A stretch of DNA of 62,492 nucleotides from Syntrophaceae bacterium UBA1062 (lineage in GTDB: Bacteria > Desulfobacterota > Desulfomonilia > UBA1062): positions 1-62,492 of the forward strand of contig DCDF01000240.1 in the NCBI GenBank assembly GCA_002316295.1. Reading direction: 5' to 3'. Each line of letters begins with the position of its first letter. Within the stretch, counting starts at the first letter, position 1. The position numbers and the translations under genes were made by a program. Positions 51,040 to 61,680 of the stretch are shown in pieces. The notes under the pieces are model-generated. The model saw nothing but the letters and a program-made list of their open reading frames with translations. It made no database searches and was not told the DNA's origin.

Positions 51040-54000
51040 TTATCCCTCAGCGTCTTTCAGCACCATGGATACCACTTTGCTGATTCCCGGAACATCGAAG
51101 GTCACGCCGTAGAGGATATCCGCCATTTCCATGGTGTGCCGGTTATGGGTGACGATGATGAACTGCGAGTCGCCGGCAAAGGTCCGTATCAGGCGGTTGA
51201 AACGCACCACGTTCGCATCGTCCAGGGGTGCGTCCACTTCGTCAAGGATGCAAAAGGGAGACGGCCTTACCTGGAACAGGGCGAATATGAAGCTCAACGC
51301 GCACAGCGTCTTCTCTCCTTCGGAAAGCAGGCTCATGGACTTCAGCCTCTTGAACGGCGGGCAGGCCAATATCTCCACCCCGGAATCCGAAGAATTGCCG
51401 TCCAAGAGAACGAGATCCGCATTGCCCCCTCCGAACATGGTGATGAAGAGCTCCTGGAAGTAGCGCCTTACCAGCTCGAACGTCTCGGTGAACGCCTTTA
51501 CGCTCTGTCTTTCGATGTTCGTGATGACCTCCTTCAGCCGTTCGCTCGCCTGAACGATGTCCTCGTACTGGCGGTGGAGATCATCCCATCTGGCCTGGGT
51601 ATGCTCGAACGCATCCAGTGATGCGAAATTGATCTGGCCCATCTTCTCGATTCTGGCCTCAAGGGCTTCCGCCTTCCGCTGAGCCTCTTCAGGAGAAAAA
51701 CCCTCGGGTATTTCCGGCAGCGGCTCGCCGGAAAACCGTGACTCGAACCGCTCCGTGCTCATGGAAAGGGCGATTTCCTGCTCCTTGCATTTCAGGAAAA
51801 TGTCGTTCTTTCTCTTTTCAAGAGCCGCCAGTGTGTCCCGGCACTCATCCCTGTTCTGGGAGAGAGAAGCCAGGGCATCCGCAAGCTCCTCGTGCTCGGG
51901 AGTGAGGTTCTCGATTTCCTCCTCGTAATGTGCAGACTCGCCCTGCTGCTGCCGAAGTCGTTCACGAACAGCCTCTGTTGACTCGAGCACGTGGCTGCGC
52001 GTCTTCTGAAGCTCGTCCCGCTTCTCCGTGTCCCGGGCGATCTGGCGGGCCAACCCCTGCATCTGCTCCCCCGTGCCCTCGAGTCTCTGCCGGGTTGATG
52101 CCGCTGAGACCCTAAGCTCTCCAAGCATCTGCATGTGGGCCCGAATCGCCTCCCGGGCCTTCTCGAGGCGCTGCTTCTCGGCGAGCCTCCTGCCGTCCAG
52201 ATCTTTGATCTCATCCTGGATAATTTCGATCTCTCTGTCGAGGTCTTCCTTCTGCGCAAGAACAGCGGCAAGATCTCCGGAAATCTTCGCCGCCATCTCT
52301 TCCCACATTTCTATGTCTCTGCCATACGACTGCTCACGCTCTGACAACCGTTCCACATCGCGCAATGCGGCGTTTCTCTTCTCGGCAATAAGCGCCATCT
52401 CTTCCCGGAGAGATTTTTCCTCCCTCCCGGCCTCTTCCTGCTCTTTCTTCAGTTGCTGTATTTCTTGTTTGAGATGTTCATTCAGCTCTTTAGCTGCGGC
52501 GATCTCCTGCTCCATGGATTCCTTCAGGCGCAGGAGCTCTTCCTTTTCCGCCTTTGCCTTGAGTCCCTCCGCATATTTGGCCATTTCCGCCGTGGTGCGG
52601 ACGACTCCTGTGGGCTCGAGCACCACGCCGTCCTGCGTGACAAAGGAACATGATCTCCATCCCTGTTTCCACAGTGAAAATGCGCAATGGATGTCTTCCA
52701 CCACCCACATGTCACGGGAGAGTGCATGAACCACGTCTTCATATCCTTCGTGGGCCTCCACGAGATCCTTCAGGCATGCGATGATCCCCTTCCCCTCAGG
52801 CGTGGTCTTCGTCTCCCGCCCGTTTACATGAGGCCTTCGGGGAATGTATCCGGGGCCTGCTTCGGCGATCGGACCCAGTTTCAGAATCTCCTCGTGATCC
52901 TGGATGATCAGATAGTCCAGAGACCTGCCCAGCGATCTCCCGACGGTTTCTTCGAACCCGCTTCTCACCCTTAGCGCATCCGCGACCCGCCTCGTGCCGT
53001 TGCTGTGGGAAAGGGACTCCGGCGGCGGTATGGTGCCCGAGCGGATGATCCGATCGAGCATGGATTCCTTGGCCAGGAGCTGGGCATAGGATTTTTCCAG
53101 GGAAGCCGCCATGTGCGCTGCTTTTTCAGCCTCTGCCTGAAGATCGTGAAGCTTCTCTCCAAGAGCTTGGAGGGCGGCGTCGACGGCTTCCGCCCGGGAT
53201 ATTTTCCGGGCATGCTCATCTTCGAGGCCGTCAAGTCCGGCTGCCAGCGCCTCTCTGTCGGCCTTGAGCCCGGACAGGTCGGCCCTGCGTTTTTTTGCGT
53301 TGGACATGGCCTCGTGATGCCTTGTTTCCAGAGACGAGATCCGTTGCTGAACCGCTCTGGAATGGCCGATGGCATCGAAGAGCCTTGTCCGCTTCTGGTT
53401 GTATTCTCCTTCGACGGCCCCGTGGTCCTTTTCTATCGTCTCGAGGTTGCCCTGCAGGGATTCCATCTCCTCTTCGAGACGGGTGATGTCCCGGGCGATT
53501 CTTTCCAGTTCGCGGCTGTCCTGTTCGCTCTTTCCGAGAAGCTCCGCGGTTTCGCGGTTCATCTGCTCGATGCGGTTGTGGAGCATGTCGAGGGTGGAAG
53601 AGATGTCCTGCTCTCTCCTGGTATTTGCCTCGATCTCGCCTTGAGAGAGCAGCTCTCGGGAGCGCGAATCGTTCAACCCACGCCGTGCTTCGTCCATCTT
53701 CCGGCGGACGACCGAAAGCTTGGCGCTGGTCGCCTCGACCACCCGGGAATACTCCTGAAGCTGTCTTTCGAAGGCCTCTCTCTGCTGCTGGAGCGCCGCT
53801 GCTTCTCCATCGAGCTTCTCTTTCCTGTCCATGATTTTTCTGATCTCGGACGCCCAGAGCAGCCTGGTGAGCTCGTTGATCTCCGAACGCAATGCCTGAT
53901 ATCTTCGCGCCTTGTTCGCCTGTGATTTCAGCTCGTCTTTCTGCCTGGATACCTCCGTCAGCAGGTCTCTCACCCTTTCGAGGTTCGCTGCAGCCGCTTC

Positions 54001-54552
54001 CAGACGCTTGATGGCATCGGCTCTCTTGAAGCGGAATTTCCCCACTTCGGCGGCCTCTTCGATAAGATAGCGGATATCCTCGGGCCGCGACTGGATGATG
54101 TCCTTGACCTTGCCCTGCTCGACGATTGCATAGCCGTTCCGGTCGAGCCCGGTGTCCAGAAAGAGATCGGTGATGTCTTTCAGTCTGCACCTCACACCGT
54201 TGAGAGAATAGATGCTCTCTCCGGTGCGGTAAAGTCTCCGGGCGATGGACACTTCGTCGAAGCCGTCAAGGGTCTTGGGGAAGTAGCCGTTATCCCGAAC
54301 GAACTCCAGGATCACCTCGGCCATGGACCCCGGCGGCGTGTCCTGGGTGCCGGAAAAGATGACCTCGCTCATGGACGCCGCCCTGAGCGAACGGTTTGAC
54401 TGTTCTCCCAGCGCCCACCGGACGGCGTCGATGATATTGCTTTTCCCGCATCCATTGGGACCCGCTATGCAGGTCACTCCATCGGCGATGGGCAGCGATG
54501 TTTTTTTGGCGATGGACTTGAAGCCCCTGATTTCAACTCTCTTCAATTTCAC
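51040..54552 (-). CDS. smc: chromosome segregation protein SMC
   Basis: 1170 aa. Walker A GPNGCGKSN, long coiled coils, hinge, signature LSEGEK, Walker B CILDEVDAPLD. Confidence 0.95.
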   Translation of the reverse strand: MKLKRVEIRGFKSIAKKTSLPIADGVTCIAGPNGCGKSNIIDAVRWALGEQSNRSLRAASMSEVIFSGTQDTPPGSMAEVILEFVRDNGYFPKTLDGFDEVSIARRLYRTGESIYSLNGVRCRLKDITDLFLDTGLDRNGYAIVEQGKVKDIIQSRPEDIRYLIEEAAEVGKFRFKRADAIKRLEAAAANLERVRDLLTEVSRQKDELKSQANKARRYQALRSEINELTRLLWASEIRKIMDRKEKLDGEAAALQQQREAFERQLQEYSRVVEATSAKLSVVRRKMDEARRGLNDSRSRELLSQGEIEANTRREQDISSTLDMLHNRIEQMNRETAELLGKSEQDSRELERIARDITRLEEEMESLQGNLETIEKDHGAVEGEYNQKRTRLFDAIGHSRAVQQRISSLETRHHEAMSNAKKRRADLSGLKADREALAAGLDGLEDEHARKISRAEAVDAALQALGEKLHDLQAEAEKAAHMAASLEKSYAQLLAKESMLDRIIRSGTIPPPESLSHSNGTRRVADALRVRSGFEETVGRSLGRSLDYLIIQDHEEILKLGPIAEAGPGYIPRRPHVNGRETKTTPEGKGIIACLKDLVEAHEGYEDVVHALSRDMWVVEDIHCAFSLWKQGWRSCSFVTQDGVVLEPTGVVRTTAEMAKYAEGLKAKAEKEELLRLKESMEQEIAAAKELNEHLKQEIQQLKKEQEEAGREEKSLREEMALIAEKRNAALRDVERLSEREQSYGRDIEMWEEMAAKISGDLAAVLAQKEDLDREIEIIQDEIKDLDGRRLAEKQRLEKAREAIRAHMQMLGELRVSAASTRQRLEGTGEQMQGLARQIARDTEKRDELQKTRSHVLESTEAVRERLRQQQGESAHYEEEIENLTPEHEELADALASLSQNRDECRDTLAALEKRKNDIFLKCKEQEIALSMSTERFESRFSGEPLPEIPEGFSPEEAQRKAEALEARIEKMGQINFASLDAFEHTQARWDDLHRQYEDIVQASERLKEVITNIERQSVKAFTETFELVRRYFQELFITMFGGGNADLVLLDGNSSDSGVEILACPPFKRLKSMSLLSEGEKTLCALSFIFALFQVRPSPFCILDEVDAPLDDANVVRFNRLIRTFAGDSQFIIVTHNRHTMEMADILYGVTFDVPGISKVVSMVLKDAEG

Positions 54553-54866
54553 AACTTTTTTGTATCAGAGCTTGGTGGTGATCGCAAGCACGGTTCTCTT
54601 CCCGCATGCTCGCGACCGCGCCCTTCCTTCACGTGAAATATGGATGATCGATATGTCCCCGGTGTGATGCACGGACAGCACGGTCGGGTATTGTTCGACA
54701 CGGAGCTGTGGGAGCCGCCCGCAGTCATTGACAGCCGGCTGCGGATCTTGTCTGCACATGCCCTCATGAACTCCTCTGGGATCGAAGGAGAAAAATCCTT
54801 GCAATATCTTTCGGAAAACGGCAAAAGAGGAAGGAATATTTCCCAAGGGTGTGCCGGGAGGGAATC

Positions 54867-55463
54867 ATGTATGATGTGAACAATCCCCTTGCGTTCGTCG
54901 GACAACTGCTCCACGTGGGACTCACCGTCTATCTGTGGATCATCATCATCGGCGCCCTGATATCCTGGGTTAACCCTGATCCCTATAACCCTGTCGTCCG
55001 CTTTCTCCGGCGGGCCACCGACCCGCTTTTCATCTGGCTCAGGCGCCATGTTCCCCTCATTTTCGGAGGAATCGACTTCTCACCCATCATTGCCATCGCG
55101 TTCATCATCTTTCTCGATGTCTCCCTCGTGCCCATCCTGAGAGAGCAGGGCAACATCCTCGCGAATATTCTCATCGGGCTCGGACAGTCTCTTTCCATGC
55201 TCCTGAACTTCTACCTCATCGTCGTGATCGTAGCCGCTGTCATCAGCTTCGTGAATCCGAGCCCCTATAACCCCATCGTCCGCATTCTTTCAGCGCTCAC
55301 GTATCCCGTGTTCTCCTGGTTCCGCAGGCGGCTGCCGCTGAGTTTCGGAGGTATCGATTTCACTCCGGTTCTGGTCATCGCCCTGATATTCCTTGTCAAT
55401 ACATACGGCGCACATACCCTCATACGGATGGGGTTGAACTTAAAATTGAAAGGGGGATTCTGA
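54867..55463 (+). CDS. yggT: YggT family membrane protein (two YGGT repeats)
   Basis: Repeated ISWVNPDPYNPVVRFL / ISFVNPSPYNPIVRIL. The ATG at 54867 follows GGGAGGGA. Confidence 0.8.
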   Translation: MYDVNNPLAFVGQLLHVGLTVYLWIIIIGALISWVNPDPYNPVVRFLRRATDPLFIWLRRHVPLIFGGIDFSPIIAIAFIIFLDVSLVPILREQGNILANILIGLGQSLSMLLNFYLIVVIVAAVISFVNPSPYNPIVRILSALTYPVFSWFRRRLPLSFGGIDFTPVLVIALIFLVNTYGAHTLIRMGLNLKLKGGF

Positions 55464-55993
55464 TGCAGCTGACACCGGAAATGATTCGGGAGCAGCGCTT
55501 CCGGACGAGGTTCTCGGGGTTCGACAAGGAGGAGGTCGCTGGTTTTCTGGTGGGAATCGCCGAGGACATGGACGAGTTACTGGAGGAGAACAATCTGCTG
55601 AGAAGCGAGCTGGGCTCTCTTAAGGAGAAGCAGAAAGATCTCGAAGACATCTTCCTCTCCGCGAAGCAGTTCTCGGACGAAAAGAAACGGCTGGCCGAAC
55701 AGGAGGCGCAGCTGAAGACAGCGGAAGCCCAGAGGAAGGCATCGGCGATCCTTTCAGAGGCCAATGAGAAGATCGAGGCCGCCGACCACAGGGCGCGGGA
55801 GATCGAGGAGCAGGCACATGCGAAGGCTCGCGAGATTCTCAAGGAGGCCCAGCAGATAAAGGCCTCACTCGAAAAAGAGCTCGCCGAGCTCAAGGCCAAG
55901 AGGGCGAATCTCTTCACAGAGCTCAAATCTGTCCTCGATTCCTACCAGAACTGGATCCGGGAGATGGGGAATGTGGATCCGGCCGGAAGGTGA
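55463..55993 (+). CDS. divIVA: DivIVA domain protein
   Basis: 176 aa. N-terminal LTPEMIREQRFRTRFSGFDKEEV followed by a coiled coil. Confidence 0.85.
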   Translation: MQLTPEMIREQRFRTRFSGFDKEEVAGFLVGIAEDMDELLEENNLLRSELGSLKEKQKDLEDIFLSAKQFSDEKKRLAEQEAQLKTAEAQRKASAILSEANEKIEAADHRAREIEEQAHAKAREILKEAQQIKASLEKELAELKAKRANLFTELKSVLDSYQNWIREMGNVDPAGR

Positions 55994-56291
55994 CGGCACG
56001 CTCCTCGTGTGCAGAATCCACCCCAACGCCAGGAAAGACTCGATCGACGGCCCTCGGCAAGACGCGCTGTCCATCCACCTGAACGCCCCTGCGGTGGAGG
56101 GAAAGGCCAATAAAGCACTGGTGCAACTTCTCGCCAAGAAGATGCGCATCGCGAAGTCGAAAATCGCCATCAGGACCGGGGAAAAGGGTAAAACAAAGGT
56201 CCTTGCCGTCAGCGGGCTTGCTCCCCGGGAAGTGGCGGAGAGCCTGGGGCTCAGTCTACCACCTTCACGCCGCGATACCCCAGCTGAATGA
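55971..56291 (+). CDS. yggU: DUF167 (YggU) family protein
   Basis: 106 aa. IHLNAPAVEGKANKALVQLLAKK is the family core. Confidence 0.8.
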   Translation: MWIRPEGDGTLLVCRIHPNARKDSIDGPRQDALSIHLNAPAVEGKANKALVQLLAKKMRIAKSKIAIRTGEKGKTKVLAVSGLAPREVAESLGLSLPPSRRDTPAE

Positions 56292-56850
56292 GCTCCTCGG
56301 CTATGGCCGCGGTATCCCCGCCGGAGATCCGGAAGTGGTGGGCGTCTTCATCACCGCTGATGGTCATCCCCGCGCTGATGATATACCCGCCGTTGCGCTC
56401 GATGACAGACACCACCTCATCGAACGATCCGTGGACGTTCTTGAGAATCACGTCGATCCGGGAGCCCGACTTGAGCACTCCCATGATCTCGATAAAGGCC
56501 TTCAGGATGTCCTTGATGGTGATGATCCCAACGATCTTTCCTTCCTCCACTACCGGCAGGCACCCGATATTCTTTTCGTAGATGATTCCCGCCGCTTTTT
56601 CCAGCGGGGTATCCCGGGTAATGGTATACGGATTCTGGAGCATGACGTCGCTGACTTTCAGAGTTTCCAACATGGAGGCGAGGATAGCCTGCTTGAGGTC
56701 TCCGGAGGTGACCAGGCCGATAAAGAGGCCGCTCTCCACCACCGGGAGGTGGCGCACGGAGTACTTTTTCATGACCGTCAGCGCGTCTCTGATTCCCGCT
56801 TCTTTCCCTATGGTGACGATGTCGGTGACCATCCATGATTCGACGTTCAT
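56251..56850 (-). CDS. CBS-pair domain protein with ACT-like C-terminus (AcuB-like)
   Basis: 199 aa. Two CBS motifs (HLPVVESG..., CLPVVEEGKIVGIIT). Confidence 0.85.
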   Translation of the reverse strand: MNVESWMVTDIVTIGKEAGIRDALTVMKKYSVRHLPVVESGLFIGLVTSGDLKQAILASMLETLKVSDVMLQNPYTITRDTPLEKAAGIIYEKNIGCLPVVEEGKIVGIITIKDILKAFIEIMGVLKSGSRIDVILKNVHGSFDEVVSVIERNGGYIISAGMTISGDEDAHHFRISGGDTAAIAEELIQLGYRGVKVVD

Positions 56851-56939
56851 GTCATTTGTATATCAGATTTAGTGCAAAATAGGAACCGTGAACACATGCA
56901 CTGCGGCCCGGGAAAAGGGTTTCCCCGGCGATCTGTGTC

Positions 56940-58310
56940 TTAACCGAAGAATCTGCGCAGGTATTCGATCGCCTCGCTTCGAGTCCGTATCGATCCCCGG
57001 GCCCGCGCTTCTTCGACAGCCTGCAACCATCTCCCCACCTCGGGCCCGGAAGCAACGCCGAAGAGCGTGATGACATCGCTTCCGGACACCAGCGGGTCTT
57101 CCTTGTACGCCCGGTAGACCGTGCGATAGTACTCCCATATTCGAGCGGCGGTCTGTCTGGGCAGTGCTTCATGCGTCTGCACTCGAGACAGAGACAGGAG
57201 CAGGGCCTCGGGAACATACTCACCGGCGTCCTCGCAGAATCGATGGATATCGACCGGTGAAGGATCCCCTTTCAAAAGCATCTCTTCCGTTCGTCCGTGG
57301 CTGCCCAGGAGGTCCCTGACCATTCCGACGGATCGGGAAGAGAAATGGAGTGAGGAACAGAAAGCGGCAGCTCTGTCCCGGGGCGAGTCACGGTAAGAGG
57401 GATCTTTTCCTCCCCGATTCAGACGAAGCTCATTTTCCAGGTTTTCCAGCCCCAGCAGGAAGCCGGCCAGTCTCAAAAGAACGGATCGCTTCACCCCCGC
57501 CTGGGTTTCCTGATCAAGCCGGACGGAGCAGCCGGGCATCAAGGCGTCACAGGCGTATATGATCCCGTCCAGCTCCTGGCATGCGGGGATGACCGTCAGA
57601 AAGAGGGCATTCGCGAGATCCTGAGGGGGGCCATGTTCTGAAGAGAAATAGGGAGCGAACAGAACAGGCACCAACATCTTCCAGGTGAGGAGCCGGAAGA
57701 ACTTGGACCCGTGCATGGAGCCCAGCGCCTGAACGAACTCCTGCATGATGCGTTCTGAGGAGACGTTCTTGATCCTCGAAGCGTTCCTTTTGATCATCTG
57801 ACAGGACCCTGCATCCATGGCGAAGTCCAGCGTGACCGAGAACCTGATGGCCCGCAACCCCCGCAAAGGATCGTCAATCAGATTTTCCTCGGAGATGAGT
57901 CTGATTATTCCTCGGGACAGATCTTTCGCGCCTGAAAGAGGGTCGATGAGAAGCCGGCGGGAAACATCGTATGCCATGGCATTGATCGTGAGATCACGCG
58001 ACCTGAGATCTTCTTCGATGTCCGCCCCCTTTGGCCTGGATATGTCGATGCTCACACCCTCTGGCTTCAGGACAACCCTCATGACCCCCCGCTTTTCATC
58101 CATCCAGAAGGGTCTGGATTTCAGCCTCTCGGCGATGCCCCGGGCGAGATCCTCTACCGGATCGAAGGTGACGAGATCGAGATCCGTCGGGACCCTGCCG
58201 AGCAGCATATCCCGGATACAACCGCCCACAAGGTAGGTCCGGCCGGGGAGGATGTCTTCTATCCTCTCGATAATATCATTATCTGATACGATTCTCGACA
58301 GATCGTGCAT
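56940..58310 (-). CDS. cca: CCA-adding enzyme / poly(A) polymerase-family tRNA nucleotidyltransferase
   Basis: Start at MHDLSRIV (58310). Head-domain motif LVGGCIRDMLLGRVPTDLDLV. The longer ORF to 58616 would run through hisD. Confidence 0.85.
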   Translation of the reverse strand: MHDLSRIVSDNDIIERIEDILPGRTYLVGGCIRDMLLGRVPTDLDLVTFDPVEDLARGIAERLKSRPFWMDEKRGVMRVVLKPEGVSIDISRPKGADIEEDLRSRDLTINAMAYDVSRRLLIDPLSGAKDLSRGIIRLISEENLIDDPLRGLRAIRFSVTLDFAMDAGSCQMIKRNASRIKNVSSERIMQEFVQALGSMHGSKFFRLLTWKMLVPVLFAPYFSSEHGPPQDLANALFLTVIPACQELDGIIYACDALMPGCSVRLDQETQAGVKRSVLLRLAGFLLGLENLENELRLNRGGKDPSYRDSPRDRAAAFCSSLHFSSRSVGMVRDLLGSHGRTEEMLLKGDPSPVDIHRFCEDAGEYVPEALLLSLSRVQTHEALPRQTAARIWEYYRTVYRAYKEDPLVSGSDVITLFGVASGPEVGRWLQAVEEARARGSIRTRSEAIEYLRRFFG

Positions 58311-59565
58311 GAGCCTCCAGTCCTTCCGCCCGTGCGATCTGAACTGCAAGCGTGCCCAGCTCCCTGACGGCAGGCTCAGTTGCATAGATGATCGATGATC
58401 TCTTGACAAAGTCGTACACGCCGAGAGGAGAGGAAAATCTTGCCGTCGACCCGGTGGGAAGGGTGTGGTTCGGCCCGGCGATATAGTCTCCGATAGCCTC
58501 CGGGGTATGGTACCCGAGGAATACGGCCCCGGCGTTCCTGACCTTGCCCAGATGCTCGAACGCGTTTTCCACCATGAGCTCAAGATGCTCGGGCGCCACC
58601 GTATTTGCAACGGCAAGGGCCTCTTCGAGATCCCTGGTGATGATGCACAGGCTGTGCTCGTTCAATGATCGCTCGAGCACGTCTCTTCTGGGCAGTGTCT
58701 GCGCATAGGCGGCGACCTTCGCGGTGACGTCACGGGCCAGGCTCTCATGGGGCGTCACCAAGATCGCCGATGCCGTGGGATCGTGCTCGGCCTGGGAGAG
58801 GAGATCCATGGCGACGATGTCCGGATCCGCTCCCGAGTCGGCGATGACGAGTATCTCCGAAGGCCCGGCAAAGGCGTCGATCCCCACCCGGTCTTGCACC
58901 AGCCGCTTGGCGTGGGCGACATAGATGTTTCCGGGGCCGACTATCTTGTCGACCTTCGGCACCGTAGCGGTCCCGAAGGTGAGCGCCGCTACGGCCTGGG
59001 CGCCGCCGATGCGGAAGATCCGGTCAACGCCTGCGATATGAGCGGCGGCAAGAAGGGCGTCGCTCACCATGCCTCCCGGCGTTGGCGACGCTACGACAAT
59101 TTCACCGACTCCCGCGATCTTCGCGGGGATGACGTTCATCAGAAGCGTCGACGGAAAGGCATTCCTTCCGCCGGGCACGTACACCCCGACACAGCTCAAG
59201 GGAGTCACCATCTGTCCGAGAATCATTCCGCTGTCTTCGGGAGCAATCCAGGACCGTTCCTTCTGCCGGGAGTGGAACGCCTCGATCCGGGATGCGGCCG
59301 CGGCCAGCGCCGAGCGGAGATCTGCATCGACCCTGGAGGCCGACTGTTCGATCATTTCCCGGGAGATGACAAATCCCTCTGCAATGGGATCGAAGCCGTC
59401 GAAGCGCCCCGTATACTCCGCCAGCGCGGCGTCGCCGCGCACCCGGACGTCCCGGATGATCATGCGAACGGTTTCATCCACTTCTTCAGGGATGGCCGTC
59501 ATCCGGTCCAGAATTTTTCCCAGGGCATCGCGCCATTCCGGCCTACCGGTCGAGAGTATCTCCAT
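58279..59565 (-). CDS. hisD: histidinol dehydrogenase
   Basis: 428 aa from MEILSTG. Conserved SQAEHDP and PNHTLPT. TGATG junction with murA. Confidence 0.95.
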   Translation of the reverse strand: MEILSTGRPEWRDALGKILDRMTAIPEEVDETVRMIIRDVRVRGDAALAEYTGRFDGFDPIAEGFVISREMIEQSASRVDADLRSALAAAASRIEAFHSRQKERSWIAPEDSGMILGQMVTPLSCVGVYVPGGRNAFPSTLLMNVIPAKIAGVGEIVVASPTPGGMVSDALLAAAHIAGVDRIFRIGGAQAVAALTFGTATVPKVDKIVGPGNIYVAHAKRLVQDRVGIDAFAGPSEILVIADSGADPDIVAMDLLSQAEHDPTASAILVTPHESLARDVTAKVAAYAQTLPRRDVLERSLNEHSLCIITRDLEEALAVANTVAPEHLELMVENAFEHLGKVRNAGAVFLGYHTPEAIGDYIAGPNHTLPTGSTARFSSPLGVYDFVKRSSIIYATEPAVRELGTLAVQIARAEGLEAHARSVENRIR

Positions 59566-60833
59566 CACAGCCCCCCCTTCTCCCTCGTCACCTGGGCTCC
59601 GAGCTTCGCCAGCTTCTTGTCCAGGCCCTCGTATCCCCGGTCCAGGTGGTAGATCCTCCGGATCTCTGTATATCCGTTGGCGTTGAGCGCGGCGATCACC
59701 AGGCTCGCTGAGGCCCTCAGGTCTGTGGCCATGACGGAAGCGCCCTGGAACCGGCTGACTCCTTGCACGATCACCGTGTTGCCGGCCTCCTGGAGATCGG
59801 CGCCCATGCGCACCAGCTCCGGAACGTGCATGAATCGGTTCTCGAAGATATTTTCGGTTATGCGGGAGACTCCTTTTGCCACGCACGCAAGCGCCATGAT
59901 CTGCGCCTGCATGTCAGTAGGAAACCCGGGATAGGGAACTGTCTCCACCTGGACGGGCTGCAGGTCTCCGGTGCCGTCCACTACGAGACCTCCATCCGGG
60001 AGCTCTTGGATGGAAACCCCCATCTCGACGAGCTTCTCTATGACCGCCACCATGTGGTCTGTCCGATGCCCTCTCAAGGTGACCCGCCCTTTGGTGATGG
60101 CGCCTGCAACCAGCAGGGTGCCGGCCTCTATCCGGTCCGGAATAATGCGGTAGTTCACCCCGTGAAGGGACTTCACGCCCTCTATGGTTACCGTGCTCTC
60201 CCCGGCTCCCTGGATGCGCGCCCCCATGGCGTTGAGGGCATTGGCGAGATCCACCACCTCGGGCTCCTTCGCCGCGCCCTGAATGACCGTCACGCCGTCT
60301 GCAAGCGCGGCCGCCATGAGAATGTTCTCGGTACCGCCCACCGTGGTGTTGTCGAACACGATTGTGGCGCCTTTAAGACGGCCGTTCACCCCGGCCATGA
60401 CATATCCATGAGAGAGATTGATCTCCGCTCCCATTTTCGCCAGGGCCTTGAGGTGCATGTCGATGGGCCTGACTCCGATGGCGCATCCGCCCGGGAGAGA
60501 CACCTTCGCCCGGCCGAACTTCGCGAGCAGCGGCCCGAGCACCAGGATGGATGCCCTCATGCTCTTGACAAGGTCGTACGGGGCTTCGAATGCATCGATA
60601 CCCGCCGGATCGATGTCGATGGCGTCCTCGCCGGTTCTGATGACATTCATTCCCAGGGTGGAGAGTACCTTCTCCATGGTGCTGATATCCTGCAATCTGG
60701 GCACGTTGGTATAGGAGCATGGCCCGTCGGCAAGAATGGAAGAGCACATGATCGGCAGAGAGGCATTCTTCGACCCGGATATTGCCACATCCCCTCTCAG
60801 TGGCTTTCCTCCGCTGATGATAAATTTATCCAT
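59565..60833 (-). CDS. murA: UDP-N-acetylglucosamine 1-carboxyvinyltransferase
   Basis: Start at MDKFIISGGKPLRG. Active-site context LPGGCAIG. Confidence 0.95.
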   Translation of the reverse strand: MDKFIISGGKPLRGDVAISGSKNASLPIMCSSILADGPCSYTNVPRLQDISTMEKVLSTLGMNVIRTGEDAIDIDPAGIDAFEAPYDLVKSMRASILVLGPLLAKFGRAKVSLPGGCAIGVRPIDMHLKALAKMGAEINLSHGYVMAGVNGRLKGATIVFDNTTVGGTENILMAAALADGVTVIQGAAKEPEVVDLANALNAMGARIQGAGESTVTIEGVKSLHGVNYRIIPDRIEAGTLLVAGAITKGRVTLRGHRTDHMVAVIEKLVEMGVSIQELPDGGLVVDGTGDLQPVQVETVPYPGFPTDMQAQIMALACVAKGVSRITENIFENRFMHVPELVRMGADLQEAGNTVIVQGVSRFQGASVMATDLRASASLVIAALNANGYTEIRRIYHLDRGYEGLDKKLAKLGAQVTREKGGL

Positions 60834-61677
60834 GCGCCTTCTCCACAACGACAGCCCGGTCGAAGCCGGCTAGGTCTTTGACCCACTGGATCATTTTCAA
60901 GCCCCTGTTCCTCTGTATTATCCGCTCCACCTCAAGCCGCTGACCATACCCTGTTTCCATGACGAGTTTCCCTCCCGGCACCAGATAGTTCCCAACATAG
61001 GCCAGGATCTTTCTTATTACATCAAGACCGTCATTTCCAGCAAAAAGGGCACCCGGCGGCTCGTAGCGAACGACCTCCTCCTGGAGCCCATCCGCCTCGG
61101 TTGCAGCGATATAGGGAGGATTCACAACGATGGTTGGATACTGCCGGGAGAGGGCATCGAACAGATCCCCCTGAAAGAGACGGAGCCTGTCGGAGACGTC
61201 GTGCAGCCGGGCATTCTCCCGGGCAACATTCAGGGCTCTCTTGCTGACGTCGTTCCCCAGGCCTTCGAGGTCCGGCCTGCTCAGGAGGATCGAGATGATC
61301 ACCGCCCCCGAGCCTGCGCCCATCTCGAAGACGGTGCTTCCCTGAGGCGCCAGCTCGGAGGCCTTTTCCACCAGGATCTCGGTCTCGCTGCGGGGAATGA
61401 GCACGTCGCGGTTCACGAGAAAGGTATGGGAAAAGAACTCCTTGCGTCCGAGAATATACGCGACAGGCTCTCTGTGTGAGCGCCTTTTGAGAAGGACCCG
61501 ATATCCGGCCAGCTCGTCGGCCGAAAGGGGTTTGTCCATATCGAGGTAGAGCTCGATACGCTCCTTGCCCAATGCATGGGACAGGAGAAGCTCAGCGTCA
61601 AGTCGTGGACTGTCGACGCCCTTGTCCTGAAGATACCCCTTTGCCCAGGCAAGAACCGACCGGATGGTCCATATCAC
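60826..61677 (-). CDS. prmC: release-factor glutamine N5-methyltransferase
   Basis: 283 aa. SAM motif EMGAGSG and NPPY (VVNPPYI). Confidence 0.95.
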   Translation of the reverse strand: MIWTIRSVLAWAKGYLQDKGVDSPRLDAELLLSHALGKERIELYLDMDKPLSADELAGYRVLLKRRSHREPVAYILGRKEFFSHTFLVNRDVLIPRSETEILVEKASELAPQGSTVFEMGAGSGAVIISILLSRPDLEGLGNDVSKRALNVARENARLHDVSDRLRLFQGDLFDALSRQYPTIVVNPPYIAATEADGLQEEVVRYEPPGALFAGNDGLDVIRKILAYVGNYLVPGGKLVMETGYGQRLEVERIIQRNRGLKMIQWVKDLAGFDRAVVVEKAHG

Positions 61678-61680
61678 GAA

